From Nitrospinales bacterium (GTDB lineage: Bacteria; Nitrospinota; Nitrospinia; Nitrospinales; VA-1): a stretch of DNA of 64,000 nt. The stretch's first letter is position 1, and every line of letters starts with the position of its first letter. Position numbers and translations under genes: made by a program. The notes beneath the pieces are model-generated. The model was not told the DNA's origin. It worked only from the letters and a program-made list of their open reading frames with translations, and searched no databases. Shown piece after piece: positions 40,255 to 50,612 of the stretch. Where the stretch lies: contig CBDCWG010000012.1 in assembly GCA_965223345.1 (NCBI GenBank), forward strand, positions 576,001-640,000, in the 5' to 3' direction.

Positions 40255-41265
40255 ATGAAAGTATTATTGGTTGGAGGTGCGGGATATATTGGCAGCATAG
40301 TAAATCGATTACTTCAAGAATCCGGCTATCAAACTACTGTATTAGATGATTTGTCCACTGGTCATCAAGAATCTCTTTGCCAAAATACAAATTTTATTTT
40401 GGGGGATTTCGGAGATATTTCGATTTTAAAAAAAATATTCTCCAGAAATTCATTTTCTGCAGTTTTACATTTTGGAGCTAAGTCACTTGTTGGAGAGTCG
40501 ATATCTAACCCACTGCACTATTACCACAACAACGTTGCCAAAACCCTTAATCTTTTAACGGAAATGAACAGTGCAGGAATCAATATTTTTATTCTTTCCT
40601 CTACTGCTGCAATTTTTGGCAATCCTGAAGAAATCCCAATTACGGAGAAACATCCCATTCGACCTATTAATCCTTATGGTCAATCGAAGTCCATTATCGA
40701 GCAAGTATTGCGTGATATTTCATTAGCTCAGGGTTTACGATATGTATCCCTCAGATATTTCAATGCAGCCGGTGCATCTTCAGACGGTATGTTAGGTGAG
40801 GATCATAAAAATGAGACTCATTTAATCCCTTTAATATTAAAGTCTGCACTATTTCCTCCCCCCCCCTCTTCAGCTCTCAAAATTTTTGGAACGGATTATG
40901 ATACTCCAGACGGAACTTGTGTGCGGGATTTTATTCACGTTTCTGATCTTGCAGAAGCTCATTTGAAAGCGCTAAAGTATTTATTAAATGGTGGAGAAAG
41001 TGAGTCCTTCAATCTTGGAAATGGGAAAGGATTCTCGGTTCGTGAAGTAATACTTGCATCAAATGAAGTAACTGGAAAAACGATTCAATATGTTGAATCA
41101 AATAGGAGACAGGGAGATCCCCCAACACTTGTTTCAGACTCCCAATACATATATAAAAAATTAAAATTTAAACCTAAATTTAACAAGTTAGAAGACATAA
41201 TTGAATCTGCTTGGAGATGGCATTCTAAACATCCAAATGGTTATGAGTCTCGAGGCAAAAATTGA
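40255..41265 (+). CDS. galE: UDP-glucose 4-epimerase
   Basis: GGAGYIGS, YGQSK, LRYFNAAGA, ETHLIP and DGTCVRDFIHV. Confidence 0.95.
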   Translation: MKVLLVGGAGYIGSIVNRLLQESGYQTTVLDDLSTGHQESLCQNTNFILGDFGDISILKKIFSRNSFSAVLHFGAKSLVGESISNPLHYYHNNVAKTLNLLTEMNSAGINIFILSSTAAIFGNPEEIPITEKHPIRPINPYGQSKSIIEQVLRDISLAQGLRYVSLRYFNAAGASSDGMLGEDHKNETHLIPLILKSALFPPPPSSALKIFGTDYDTPDGTCVRDFIHVSDLAEAHLKALKYLLNGGESESFNLGNGKGFSVREVILASNEVTGKTIQYVESNRRQGDPPTLVSDSQYIYKKLKFKPKFNKLEDIIESAWRWHSKHPNGYESRGKN

Positions 41266-41293
41266 TTTCATTGAGTTTTTTTAGAACTATCCT

Positions 41294-42460
41294 TCAAATT
41301 ATTGTTTCTAGTTTTTCCTCCCAAGTTTCCATAGCTTTTCTTTTCTCATTATCATAACTGTATCTATCATATATAGAAGTTACATCCCGCTCAGAATGGT
41401 TCAATATTTTCTTAACTATTAATCGTGGAATTTCTAAACTTGTCATGTGGCTTGCGGCTGTTCGGCGTAAGTCATGTGGAGTAAATGGGTCTACTCCAAA
41501 ATGATCTTGATTTTTCCGAACTGCATGATTGACCGATGTTTTACAGATATGTTGATTTATATTGCGAGATGGAAATAACCATCTTGATTCACCAGAGAAT
41601 ATTTTAATTTCGTTGATAATATCCAACGCAAGAGAAATCAGTGGAATTCTGTGAAGATTGCTATTTTTTGACTTATCAGAAGGTATAGTCCACCATCCAT
41701 TATTCAAATCGAAATCTTTCCATTCTGCAGTAATTACTTCTCCTTTTCGTTGGCAAGTAATCAATTGAAGTTTTAAGGCTAATTTAATCCCCATACTCAT
41801 TTTTGAGGTTTCCAATCTTTCCCAAAAAATTCGTATCTCCTCCTCGGTCAGAACACGATCCCTTCTATTCTCTCTGGAGGGAGCAGGAATTCCGAGGCAA
41901 GGGTTGATCTCAATAATTCCTCGCCCCAAAGCAAAAGAAAACATTTTTCTAATAGTAGCAAGAGTACGATTCGCCTGAATCAATGCACCCCGCCCCACAA
42001 TTTCATCAAGCAGAAGAATTATCTCCCTTCGAGTAATGTCCTGAGCTTCTCTATGACCCCACCTTGGAATGACTTCTTTATATAAAATACGTTGGTCCTC
42101 TTTCCATGAGCGTTTTCGCATTTTGGCGTATTTTTCAATATACTCCTCTACCATCATTCCCACATTTAAAGAGCCTTGAATATCGTAATTTGACTCGCTA
42201 TGAGATCTCCCAGGATCAATCCCTTCAGCAAGAATCTGTCGGGCAACTGCGTGAACAGATAAGGCATTTTCTAGTGAAATTTCCGGATAACTCCCGATTG
42301 TCAACCTTCGGGGAGTTCCCATAAATCTGTACAAAAAAATGAAGGTTTTTTTTCCTTTCTCCGAAACTCGAATACCAAAACCACGACCATTTGTTTCCCA
42401 TACTTCGTAACGGTTTTCTTTAGGCCTTAGAGCTCTAATATTGCTATCCGTGAACTTCAT
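41294..42460 (-). CDS. P4-like tyrosine integrase (arm-binding domain plus catalytic domain), apparently intact
   Basis: GFGIRV...G.K.F...R...LTIGSYPEISL, QRKGE, SKN, PHDLRRT, LNH and YDRY. Confidence 0.93.
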   Translation of the reverse strand: MKFTDSNIRALRPKENRYEVWETNGRGFGIRVSEKGKKTFIFLYRFMGTPRRLTIGSYPEISLENALSVHAVARQILAEGIDPGRSHSESNYDIQGSLNVGMMVEEYIEKYAKMRKRSWKEDQRILYKEVIPRWGHREAQDITRREIILLLDEIVGRGALIQANRTLATIRKMFSFALGRGIIEINPCLGIPAPSRENRRDRVLTEEEIRIFWERLETSKMSMGIKLALKLQLITCQRKGEVITAEWKDFDLNNGWWTIPSDKSKNSNLHRIPLISLALDIINEIKIFSGESRWLFPSRNINQHICKTSVNHAVRKNQDHFGVDPFTPHDLRRTAASHMTSLEIPRLIVKKILNHSERDVTSIYDRYSYDNEKRKAMETWEEKLETII

Positions 42461-43237
42461 AAGCTCATATAAAATATAGATTATCTATGCTTAGCGTGAT
42501 TACTTCAAAGTGTACCCTGCATACGAATTTTCTAGCTTAATCCATAATTTTCGCTGGATTCAAAGTTTGTGATAAAAGAGGCAAACGATCAATTACCACT
42601 GGGGAAATACAATGCAATAATACCACCCAAACCATTATAAATAAAGGGACTCATTCGATTTCACCTTCTATTTTTGATGTTTTTTTCGATGATTGAGTCA
42701 GAAATCTCAGTTCGGCATACCCACAATAAATTAAACTACTTCAACCAAATACACACCCATACGGAAATAGAGGTATAACAAATATTTTCAATAACTTAAC
42801 CTAAGTGAAGTTTTATTTATCATTTTGGCGGAGGTGTAACTTTTACGAAAGTTTCATCGCAGGAAATCAGTATTTATATTTCGGATGGGGTCAAGAAGAG
42901 GAGGGTTGGTCGTGGAAACCCTATATTCATGAGAAGCTACATGGGGGACACTGGGAAGGGTGTTGTTTCATGATTTCCATGAAATAGATATTCATTTTTG
43001 TCTAGTGCTCAAAAAGCGTCTTGGCAACCGCGATGTATCACAGATAAATAAACCTCATGAATAGTACACTCACGTTTTATGAATTAGGTGATATAAAAAG
43101 TCGCTCCTTGAATTAAGTAATTATGACCTTTAAATTTTGATAATAAAAAAAGCATTTGGCGTAATGTCCTTCCTGAATACCGCCAGATGGACTATCCCAA
43201 GCATAAGATTTAAATTATCGAACAAGGGGAAAAGTGT

Positions 43238-44465
43238 TGACCTGCCCCTGTTAGTTGTACCAGTTTCTAAGTTAGAGTTTCGACTTTTTGAGGTTGAATG
43301 GCTTCCGGAGCCGGAGGCCGATACCCCAAGGCGCTATGCGGTCGAAACCGGTTATATTCTATACGCCAACGCTCGATGAGGACCTGATCTTCCAGAAGCG
43401 TGTTGAAGATTTCTCCATTTAAAAGCTCATCTCTGAACTTTCCATTGAACGATTCATTGTAGCCATTCTCCCAGGGGCTGCCTGGTTCGATAAATAATGT
43501 TTGAACGCCCAGTTCTTCCAGCCAGGACCGAATCACCTTGGCGGTGAACTCGGGTCCGTTGTCCGAACGGATGAAACCCGGCAATCCGCGATAGATGAAC
43601 AGAAGCCCCAACTGTTCCAGGACATCTTGAGACCGTAGCCTCCGAGCCACTTTTAAAGCCAGGCATTCTCGAGTGTACTCATCGATCAAGATCAATATTC
43701 TAATTGGTCGACCATCATGTGTGCGGGTGGCGACAAAATCATAGCTCCATACATGATCCTTGAACTGCGGCCGAAGACGGATGCAAGAACCATCGTTCAA
43801 CCATAACCTGCCTCTCTTTGGCTGTTTTTGTGGAACCTTTAGTCCTTCTCGCCTCTAGAGACGTTCTATCCGTTTGTGATTCACATCCCAGCCTTCCCGA
43901 TTCAACAGAGCCGTGATTCGTCTGTACCCATACCGGCCATACTGAGTGGCCAACTCGGTCATTCGTTTTATCAACCGCTTTTCCTTGTCCGATACAACCG
44001 GTCGATACCGTTGCGTGGATCGCGCTTGACCAAGAACCCGGCAAGCTCTCCGCTCAGAAACACCCAACTCCTTAAGAACGTGCTCCAAAGCCTGCCTTCG
44101 TTTCGCCGGGCTTAATACTTCCCCCCGGCGACCTCTTTCAAAATCGCTTTGTCCAAAGATAAATCCGCTACCAGCTTCTTCAACTGAGCGTTTTCCTTCT
44201 CCAAATCTTTCAACCGCTTCACCTGGTCCACGCTCAAACCGCCGTATTCTCTCCTCCACCGGTAGTAGGTCTGTTCAGATACACCGATCTTACGGCATAC
44301 CTGACCCACAGTATCTCCTTTAGCTAAAAGAACTTCTGCTTGCCGTAAATGCCCAATGATCTGCCCAGGTTGAAATACTTTCCTACTCATATCCGCCTCC
44401 CATGCATCAAGATTTAGATCCAAATCCTAACACAACATCTGGACCCGTTTATTGGGGGCAGGTCA
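43238..44465 (-). mobile_element. IS3-family element (1228 bp), inactivated
   Basis: Terminal IRs begin TGACCTGCCCC at both ends. A 4-bp target duplication GTGT lies at 43234-43237 and 44466-44469. Confidence 0.93.
43267..44390 (-). pseudogene. IS3 OrfA/OrfB transposase with a nonsense mutation
   Basis: OrfA at 44112-44390. OrfB has YGYRRI and DDE motifs (WSYD, SDNG, NESFNG) but TAG at 43855-43857 in IERL*RREGL, where Trp is expected. Confidence 0.88.
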
Positions 44466-44605
44466 GTGTTACACATAAATATCTTTGATAATTTGTTCAA
44501 TCATGCAGCATTACCTCCAATCACAAAAGGAATTTTTCACTGTTTTATAATTGATGTCGTAATTTAGCACAACCAAATCTCTTCGAGATCTCATTCATCA
44601 AGTAA

Positions 44606-45163
44606 TTATTTTCCAAACATATCATTCAGCTTAGTAAATTTTTCTAATAGTTTCTTATTTTCATCAGAAGAAAGGACCTTACTTTCCGAATACAAACTTA
44701 AACCAGCTCCGGCTCTAACCAGTCGCACTGATCCCGTAGCATTACTAATGAGGTTGAGTCCAATCTGGGCTGCCTTCAAAGCTTGGTCTGTTGTTAATTC
44801 TCTAATGTCTAATTTTCTTAACTTTTCTACACATTTATCCAATAGAAGATTTGCTGAAATAGAAATTTTTTCCCGGAACTCAGTTTCATAAAAATCTGCC
44901 TCATTGAATTCATCGTCTTTTGTCTCAACCTCGGCTTCTTCTTCGTTATCTCCAAATGCATTCCAATTCTTTTTTTCTGCAAGGAGCATCAATTTCTCGG
45001 GGCTATATTTATGCTTTTTGGCCATATCATTTATGATTAACTGATTTATTGTTTTTTCATCCACCATGGAATTGAATTCTTCCTCCAATTCTTTCAACTT
45101 TTCTTTGGTAATTTTCATCTCATCACCTCTTAATTGACTTTGGTTAATATATTTCCTCTTCAT
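44606..45163 (-). CDS. Hypothetical acidic/helical protein, mobile-element associated
   Basis: 185-aa ORF downstream of the repressor. The internal ATG (MKITKE) has an AGAGGTG RBS. Confidence 0.7.
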   Translation of the reverse strand: MKRKYINQSQLRGDEMKITKEKLKELEEEFNSMVDEKTINQLIINDMAKKHKYSPEKLMLLAEKKNWNAFGDNEEEAEVETKDDEFNEADFYETEFREKISISANLLLDKCVEKLRKLDIRELTTDQALKAAQIGLNLISNATGSVRLVRAGAGLSLYSESKVLSSDENKKLLEKFTKLNDMFGK

Positions 45164-45259
45164 GCGGATTCCATCAATACCGAAATCAGCATATCGAGGA
45201 GCGACCTTTTATTCACACATTCTGCAGCGGGACATCATCCACGTTGCCAAAAGTTAAAT

Positions 45260-45919
45260 TCAATGTGATTTGATAACTCCTATCACTCTCCCCACCAATG
45301 GATCGGGGCTTTTATTTAAATCAATACTCTCGATTGCATCTCCCAGCTTAATGGGAGCTAGCATCAAATATGGATGATCTAAATAAACCTGCCTGACACT
45401 CAATGATTGATGCGTGCGAATGGCATATAAGTGTTCTTTATGAACCTCCCTTTCGCCACAGGCCACGATGATGATGTCTTCATTTTCAGCAAAAGGGGAG
45501 TACTCAACGCCCTCAACCCTAAAAGCCCGTATCGGCCCATGAAAGTTTTTCCAAATTTCCTTTTGTATGACCATATAGGGTTCGGTCCCACCCCCAGAGA
45601 ATTGAAGAGACGATTTAGGTTCGAATCCAAGACGAACATCGAATAGATCCACTCGCTCCAATTCAATAGATTGATCATTCTCCTGCACATCCCAGCCGGG
45701 TCGAATCAATGGCTCACCTTCCCCCGTTGCCAGCCAGTGATAGTTGATCGATTCTTGAGTACAAAATACTTTCAATTTGTCTACCGGAATGCTGTTTGTT
45801 CTCTTTCTGGCCGTGAGCGCCTTTTGACTAAACCCTAATAAATCAGCAATTTGACTGTCAAAACGCAATGATTTGACTTGTTTGATCCGCTCAATAATCG
45901 AATGAAAATCTCGTCCCAT
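45260..45919 (-). CDS. Phage CI-like repressor (HTH plus S24-like domain)
   Basis: IADLLGFSQKAL..RK..NSIP...INYHWLATGEGEP. The C-terminal RAFRVEG...D.IIV...VGRV resembles the S24 fold. Confidence 0.82.
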   Translation of the reverse strand: MGRDFHSIIERIKQVKSLRFDSQIADLLGFSQKALTARKRTNSIPVDKLKVFCTQESINYHWLATGEGEPLIRPGWDVQENDQSIELERVDLFDVRLGFEPKSSLQFSGGGTEPYMVIQKEIWKNFHGPIRAFRVEGVEYSPFAENEDIIIVACGEREVHKEHLYAIRTHQSLSVRQVYLDHPYLMLAPIKLGDAIESIDLNKSPDPLVGRVIGVIKSH

Positions 45920-46132
45920 GGCTCGATTCCCCCTGCAAAATGATATAAAAACAGCATAATAAAAAAATTAAGGATAGTAAAGTAGTTTTTCTTCGTTAGA
46001 TTCCTCTTTTCCACTGAGAGATCGCATTGGGGAATCAAGTTTGATGAGTCCAGAAACCCACAAACTCACCAACTAATTGTTTTTTAATAGATTAACTCAA
46101 ATTAACCGCAAGTCAAAGATGGAGGATATCCA

Positions 46133-46468
46133 ATGATTGACCAGGAAAAGGAATTGAAAATTATAGAACTACGGGCAATGGGATGGAGTTGTGACAAAAT
46201 AGCCAAAGAACTTGGGGTGAGCAAGCGCACCGTATTGAAGTACAACAAGAAAAATGCAGAAAGCATTTCTAATAGGAAGAAGCTGTTAGTGGAAGAGACG
46301 CTTGAGGAATTTCACCTTTCAAAACTTAAAAGAATTAAATTGTTAGGGATGAGATTGAATGATGTGTCCAAAGAGCTTGATGATCGGGATTTGAAAACGT
46401 TCACAACGGCTCAGTTGGTAAATTTAGAAACCAGGTATCTTAAATTAGGAAGAGAACTCGAAGTGTAA
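46133..46468 (+). CDS. HTH DNA-binding protein divergent from the repressor
   Basis: IELRAMGWSCDKIAKELGVSKRTV, with a GGAGG RBS. Confidence 0.82.
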   Translation: MIDQEKELKIIELRAMGWSCDKIAKELGVSKRTVLKYNKKNAESISNRKKLLVEETLEEFHLSKLKRIKLLGMRLNDVSKELDDRDLKTFTTAQLVNLETRYLKLGRELEV

Positions 46469-46476
46469 GGCTGGTT

Positions 46477-46509
46477 CATTGGAAAAAATTAATTAATAAT
46501 TTTCCAATG
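46477..46509. terminator. AT-rich hairpin after the HTH gene
   Basis: CATTGGAAAA...TTTTCCAATG inverted repeat. Confidence 0.45.
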
Positions 46510-46809
46510 GAACGAATATTTAGAAATTGAACGGGGAACTATTTTCAGTTTTTACATAAAAGAAGTGGTTTCCTAATTTCACACCAAAGCCATACTTAAA
46601 TAAGCTGAAAACCGAAAAGTGCACCAAAACTTCACCAAAATTTCACCCCCCAGAAACAACCAGGTTTAGGATCAAACCCTCAGATCATAATGGATTTTTA
46701 TAGTTTTTAGCGTCATCCCACACCGCCCACCCATTAGCCCAAACTGGCAACTTTCTCACGACGGTCGAACGCCAACTCCTTACTTATCAGATAGTTAATT
46801 GGATTATTT

Positions 46810-46884
46810 TGCTACCCGAGAGTGCTACCCGAAGGACAAATCTAAGGAAGGTAAATTCTAGATGGTTGAAAAGATGGAGCCAGC
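46810..46884. repeat. att-like signature: two TGCTACCCGA repeats plus an inverted copy of the tRNA 3' end
   Basis: Direct repeats at 46810-46819 and 46823-46832. ATGGAGCCAGC (46874-46884) is the reverse complement of 47039-47049. Confidence 0.6.
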
Positions 46885-46973
46885 CAAGTTTCTTGCAGGA
46901 GACATGGTTTATCTGGTTGATTTCTATGCTTAAAATCGGTTAAATAGCAGCTTCATCCTGCCTGCCACACAAG

Positions 46974-47048
<75 letters not shown>

Positions 47049-47303
47049 TTAAATCAATTGCTTGCACGCCGCCTCCCCAGTTTACTTTTGATTAATAAGG
47101 CCATAATAGGTTTGTTCGCTTGCCTTGCTATCGCGATTTGTGGGAACTTCGGAAAGGCGATCCCGCAGAAAAGAAGTTTTAATTTTCCGCTTTTTAAAAC
47201 GCAAACCTTTACTCCTTTCCCACCATTTATACGGGCTTTGATTCCAAAGGTCCCCTATTCCTAAATCTCTCTGCGCCCAAGTCTTTGCCTGGACAGCTGA
47301 GAA

Positions 47304-47624
47304 ATGCCTTTGCTTGATCGAGTTGCGCCGGACGTTGTCAGAGCTATCGGATCGTGCAGCGTGTTTTTATCCGCCGAGGTCCTGGACCATTCGGCTTTCG
47401 ACACAACCGGCGACGGCAAGCCCGACCAGTGGCAATATCTGGATCCTTCGCAAAAGCTCATCAAGGTGGAATACGACACCAACAAGGACGGCAAGGCGGA
47501 CCGTTGGGAGCATTTCAACGCTTCCGGGAAAGTGTCCAAGGTCGAGCTCGACCGCAACTTCGACGGGCAAGTGGACATGACGCAAAAGAAGGAAAATTCC
47601 CATTTCCTATTTTTTGGGTATTGA
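47304..47624 (+). pseudogene. Fragment of a protein with DxxxDG (EF-hand-like Ca-binding) repeats
   Basis: DTTGDGKPDQW, DTNKDGKADRW and DRNFDGQVD. The GC-rich patch ends abruptly in AT-rich DNA. Confidence 0.55.
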
Positions 47625-48073
47625 TTGGTGGATGGATTTTGAATCGAAAACAAAAAAAGAAAGCTCAACGCCTGAGATTAAAGAGTGAAAATGAAAAACC
47701 GGATTGTCTTCCTTTTAATTTTTTTACACATATCAACCAGTGGTACATTTTGTCATCCTCCCTAAAAGTCTCTTCCCTCGCACATCCCACTATGCACCAA
47801 CAATATAGGAAGGATTGTGAAAAGGAAGGGCACCGATATGGGTCCAAACTCCATACAGAATGCATAAATAAACGATTGAATTACAAAGAAGATATAAAAA
47901 ATGGCGCAAGGAAAAGATGAAAAATAAAAAGGAAGAAAAGGAAAACCAACCATTGCCTTAAACCAGCGTGAATGCTGCTTTTTTTGTTTTAGGCTTGCCT
48001 CAGGATCGATTGACTCCGAGGCTATTGCAAAAGGCGAGTCTGAGTTGATGTTTTTCTACTCATCCTGTCTCAC

Positions 48074-49546
48074 TTAGATTTTTCCGTCGATGTTCAAAAA
48101 CCCGATGTGGTCCCTGGATTTTTTGCTGTCCGGCCAGAACCGCCGATTGTGGTAAGGAAAGAAGGCGATCTGTTCGGGGTCGCCCTCATCGGGTTTGAGT
48201 TCCAGCGTGTAGCCGAAGATGCGATAACTCCCCTCTCCCCGGCTGCTGCCGCCGCTGTTGCCGATGCCTGCTGGCGCACGGGTGACGACGCCCGAGGATG
48301 CCGAGGTGCTGTAGCGCCCGTTCTTCGCCAGCTTGAGGGTCTTCGACTTGATCGCCACGACGCCGACGCCCACAGCGCCGCCGCTTCGCTTGAAAACCCC
48401 TTCCAGCCGGGTGCCATCGGGCAATGGCGGCACATAATGATACGGCTTGCCTTTGACGTCGATGCGTTTGCCGTTTTTCTTCAGCGTGTTTTTATCCAGG
48501 TATTGGAATGCGTCATCGAAATAGCCGCTCACAGTGAGCGCGTTCAGGTGGTATTTGGGGGTTTCTGCGTACACGATCTTGCTGTTGTCGTTGAGCAGCA
48601 ACGGTATTGCATCCGATTTGGCGGGTGTGGGTTGCGTTTCTTCCGCTGCGAAATACGCAGGGTATGTTGCCTTCGCCTCCCGGTACAACTCGGGATGTTC
48701 TTTCCGAAATGGCCGGGCCTTGTTTTTCAAAAAACCGGGAAGGTTCCGGCAAAACGCGGGATCTTCCTTTAAAAGTTGTCGGGAAAAAACGGGAATGAGC
48801 GGCTTCAGCTTTTCGATGTTTTGCGGCAACTCCCCTTCCACCAGCCCGGTCATCGCAGGCAATGCGTTGTCCTTTGAATATTTCTTCCAGGCCCTGTCGT
48901 TTGCCGATCGGGTTTTGCGGGACACTTTTTCACATTGCGTCACCGCTTCGCGAAACACCGACGCCGTCGTGTAAATATCGATGATTTTCCTCTGCGATTC
49001 ACCGCTCAAACCAACACCGGCCGGCTTGGGTGCCCGCTCGGCGGCAGGTGGGGCTTTCAATGCGGGCGCCGTCGCGCCGGCCTGTGGCAGCAGGGCGTCG
49101 AAGGTCGATCCCAAATGAGAGGATCCGGTTTTTTTCACATAACTGTCCAGCAACAGGGGCAGCGCCGAACAGGCCTGTGGATTTTTTTTGAATTTGGCAC
49201 GCATCTTGGGAATGCCGATCTTCTGCCCCCGATCCTTGATCACAGCCAACAGCGGCATCTGTTCCTGCGATTTTAAGAAATGATCTTCGATGCGTTCGAG
49301 CTCTTGTTTCTTGACGAACTCCTGCATCACCACTTTGTTGACCGCCGCCCGCTCCGGCGCCACTTCGTCGCACAAAGAATGTATGGACCGCAGTGCGAGC
49401 ACATGCGCGTACAGTTTTTCCAGGCTCATGGCCGCATTGCCGGCTTCCTTGGCAAATGCAGGCGCGGCCGGCAACAGAAGCACGGCGGTCAGCAGGACGC
49501 CGCATCTTGGGATGCTCAATAATGTTTTGTTCTGGTTGATCTTCAT
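48074..49546 (-). CDS. Secreted hypothetical protein with two Cys-pair helical domains and a beta-rich C-terminus
   Basis: Signal peptide ending PAFA; likely start MKINQ at 49546. Confidence 0.75.
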   Translation of the reverse strand: MKINQNKTLLSIPRCGVLLTAVLLLPAAPAFAKEAGNAAMSLEKLYAHVLALRSIHSLCDEVAPERAAVNKVVMQEFVKKQELERIEDHFLKSQEQMPLLAVIKDRGQKIGIPKMRAKFKKNPQACSALPLLLDSYVKKTGSSHLGSTFDALLPQAGATAPALKAPPAAERAPKPAGVGLSGESQRKIIDIYTTASVFREAVTQCEKVSRKTRSANDRAWKKYSKDNALPAMTGLVEGELPQNIEKLKPLIPVFSRQLLKEDPAFCRNLPGFLKNKARPFRKEHPELYREAKATYPAYFAAEETQPTPAKSDAIPLLLNDNSKIVYAETPKYHLNALTVSGYFDDAFQYLDKNTLKKNGKRIDVKGKPYHYVPPLPDGTRLEGVFKRSGGAVGVGVVAIKSKTLKLAKNGRYSTSASSGVVTRAPAGIGNSGGSSRGEGSYRIFGYTLELKPDEGDPEQIAFFPYHNRRFWPDSKKSRDHIGFLNIDGKI

Positions 49547-49738
49547 GGCTGTTTCACTCGTGAGCGGTCTGCAATAGGAGGGAGCGGCGACACCGGCCCG
49601 CGTCTCCCTCAAACGGTGATAAGAAATTGTTCTCTATCAACGCAGCAAACCATCTCGGTCGAAGAATAAAAATAAGACAGGTCACAAAATCCTGTGACCT
49701 GCGCAACCCGCCTTTTTCTTTCATTGGAGACCCACATC

Positions 49739-50137
49739 ATGAATTCCCTCTTCACGCGTTTGAACCAGCTCATCGAAGCGGCCTGCAATTTCGCCTTCTA
49801 CCTCTTCGCGTTTCTGATCGTCCTGTTGCCGCCGCTTGTGAGCATCAACAACGGGCTGTCCGGCCGCACGGGTTTCCTTTGGGTGCTCGCCGCGCTTGCC
49901 TTCGCCATCGTCGCACCGGTTGCCGTGCAGCTTCTGGGAGAATCGTTCATGGATGTTGTGAAAAAAATACGGAAGGGAGAGTTGCTGAAGGAATTCCTAA
50001 AACCATTCCGAAACGTGGCGGCGGTGTTGGGGATCTACGGAGCCTTCAAAGTGGAATACGCACAGGTGCACGGGATCGAGGAGGTGGAGTTCGGGGCGCT
50101 GATGGATTTTCTCTGGAAATTTCTGACCGCGTTTTAA
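49739..50137 (+). CDS. Membrane hypothetical protein
   Basis: GGAG RBS before the ATG at 49739; hydrophobic segments. Confidence 0.7.
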   Translation: MNSLFTRLNQLIEAACNFAFYLFAFLIVLLPPLVSINNGLSGRTGFLWVLAALAFAIVAPVAVQLLGESFMDVVKKIRKGELLKEFLKPFRNVAAVLGIYGAFKVEYAQVHGIEEVEFGALMDFLWKFLTAF

Positions 50138-50364
50138 AAAGAGCCCAATCACATTGCCTCCCTCCTTCGCTCCTGGCCTGGAGTTGGGCTTTGTTTGAAG
50201 CGTCCTCCCGGCCCCACGCGCGGCCGAAATCTTCTCAGCAATCTGTATGAAAAATTGCTACTTGCTTTGCAATCGGCTCCCTTCAAACCCAACGCGCGCT
50301 CACCCCTGCTTGTAAAGAAGAGGGAAATTCAATCGTTTTTCCAACCCAATCTTCGGCTGCTTGC

Positions 50365-50380
50365 TGGCATGCAAAATGCT
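50365..50380 (+). promoter_or_regulatory. sigma54 promoter
   Basis: TGGCATGCAAAATGCT with exact GG-N10-GC spacing; predicted +1 near 50390-50391. Confidence 0.75.
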
Positions 50381-50389
50381 TGAAGAATA

Positions 50390-50584
50390 GGCAGAAGGAT
50401 TCACCGGCCGCCTGGAAATCTTCCGGTCCGGTTCCGGACTGCGTTCCTTCTGCCAAGGTGAACGTCCTTACCAGACGTGGGTTCAATTCCCATACGGATC
50501 CTTTCCGGGAGACCAGCGGTTTCCGCACCAACGCAACGGCCCTGCGGGTTCAGACCCCCGCTGTTTCGCTGGGGGCTCCCGGAA
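50390..50584 (+). ncRNA. Candidate structured tRNA-like RNA or leader upstream of the SPFH gene
   Basis: GGCAGAAGGA/TCCTTCTGCC stem, anticodon-like arm ACGTC-CTTACCA-GACGT, T-arm GGG-TTCAATT-CCC, and a second domain closed by TTCCGGGAG/CTCCCGGAA containing another T-arm-like hairpin. Confidence 0.6.
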
Positions 50585-50612
50585 TCGATTCGATCTATCA
50601 AGAGGAGGTGCC

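Larger units (their letters stand above)
14650..46900. mobile_element. Composite AT-rich genomic island (about 32 kb; boundaries approximate)
   Basis: Abrupt GC drop after 14643. Contains two tyrosine integrases, an IS3, a phage-like repressor and pseudogenes, and ends next to a tRNA with att-like repeats. Confidence 0.85.

Noticed and set aside
42805..43237. Small ORFs left of the IS3, or a gene interrupted by it
   Set aside because: Rejoining the IS flanks gives early stops and no recognisable protein.
14650..46900. Complete prophage or conjugative ICE
   Set aside because: No capsid, large terminase, tail, relaxase or T4SS genes, and no direct-repeat attL/attR pair found by eye.
50440..50505. 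Canonical tRNA-Val(TAC) gene
   Set aside because: No proper D arm, variable region, 7-bp acceptor stem or CCA. Kept only as tRNA-like.
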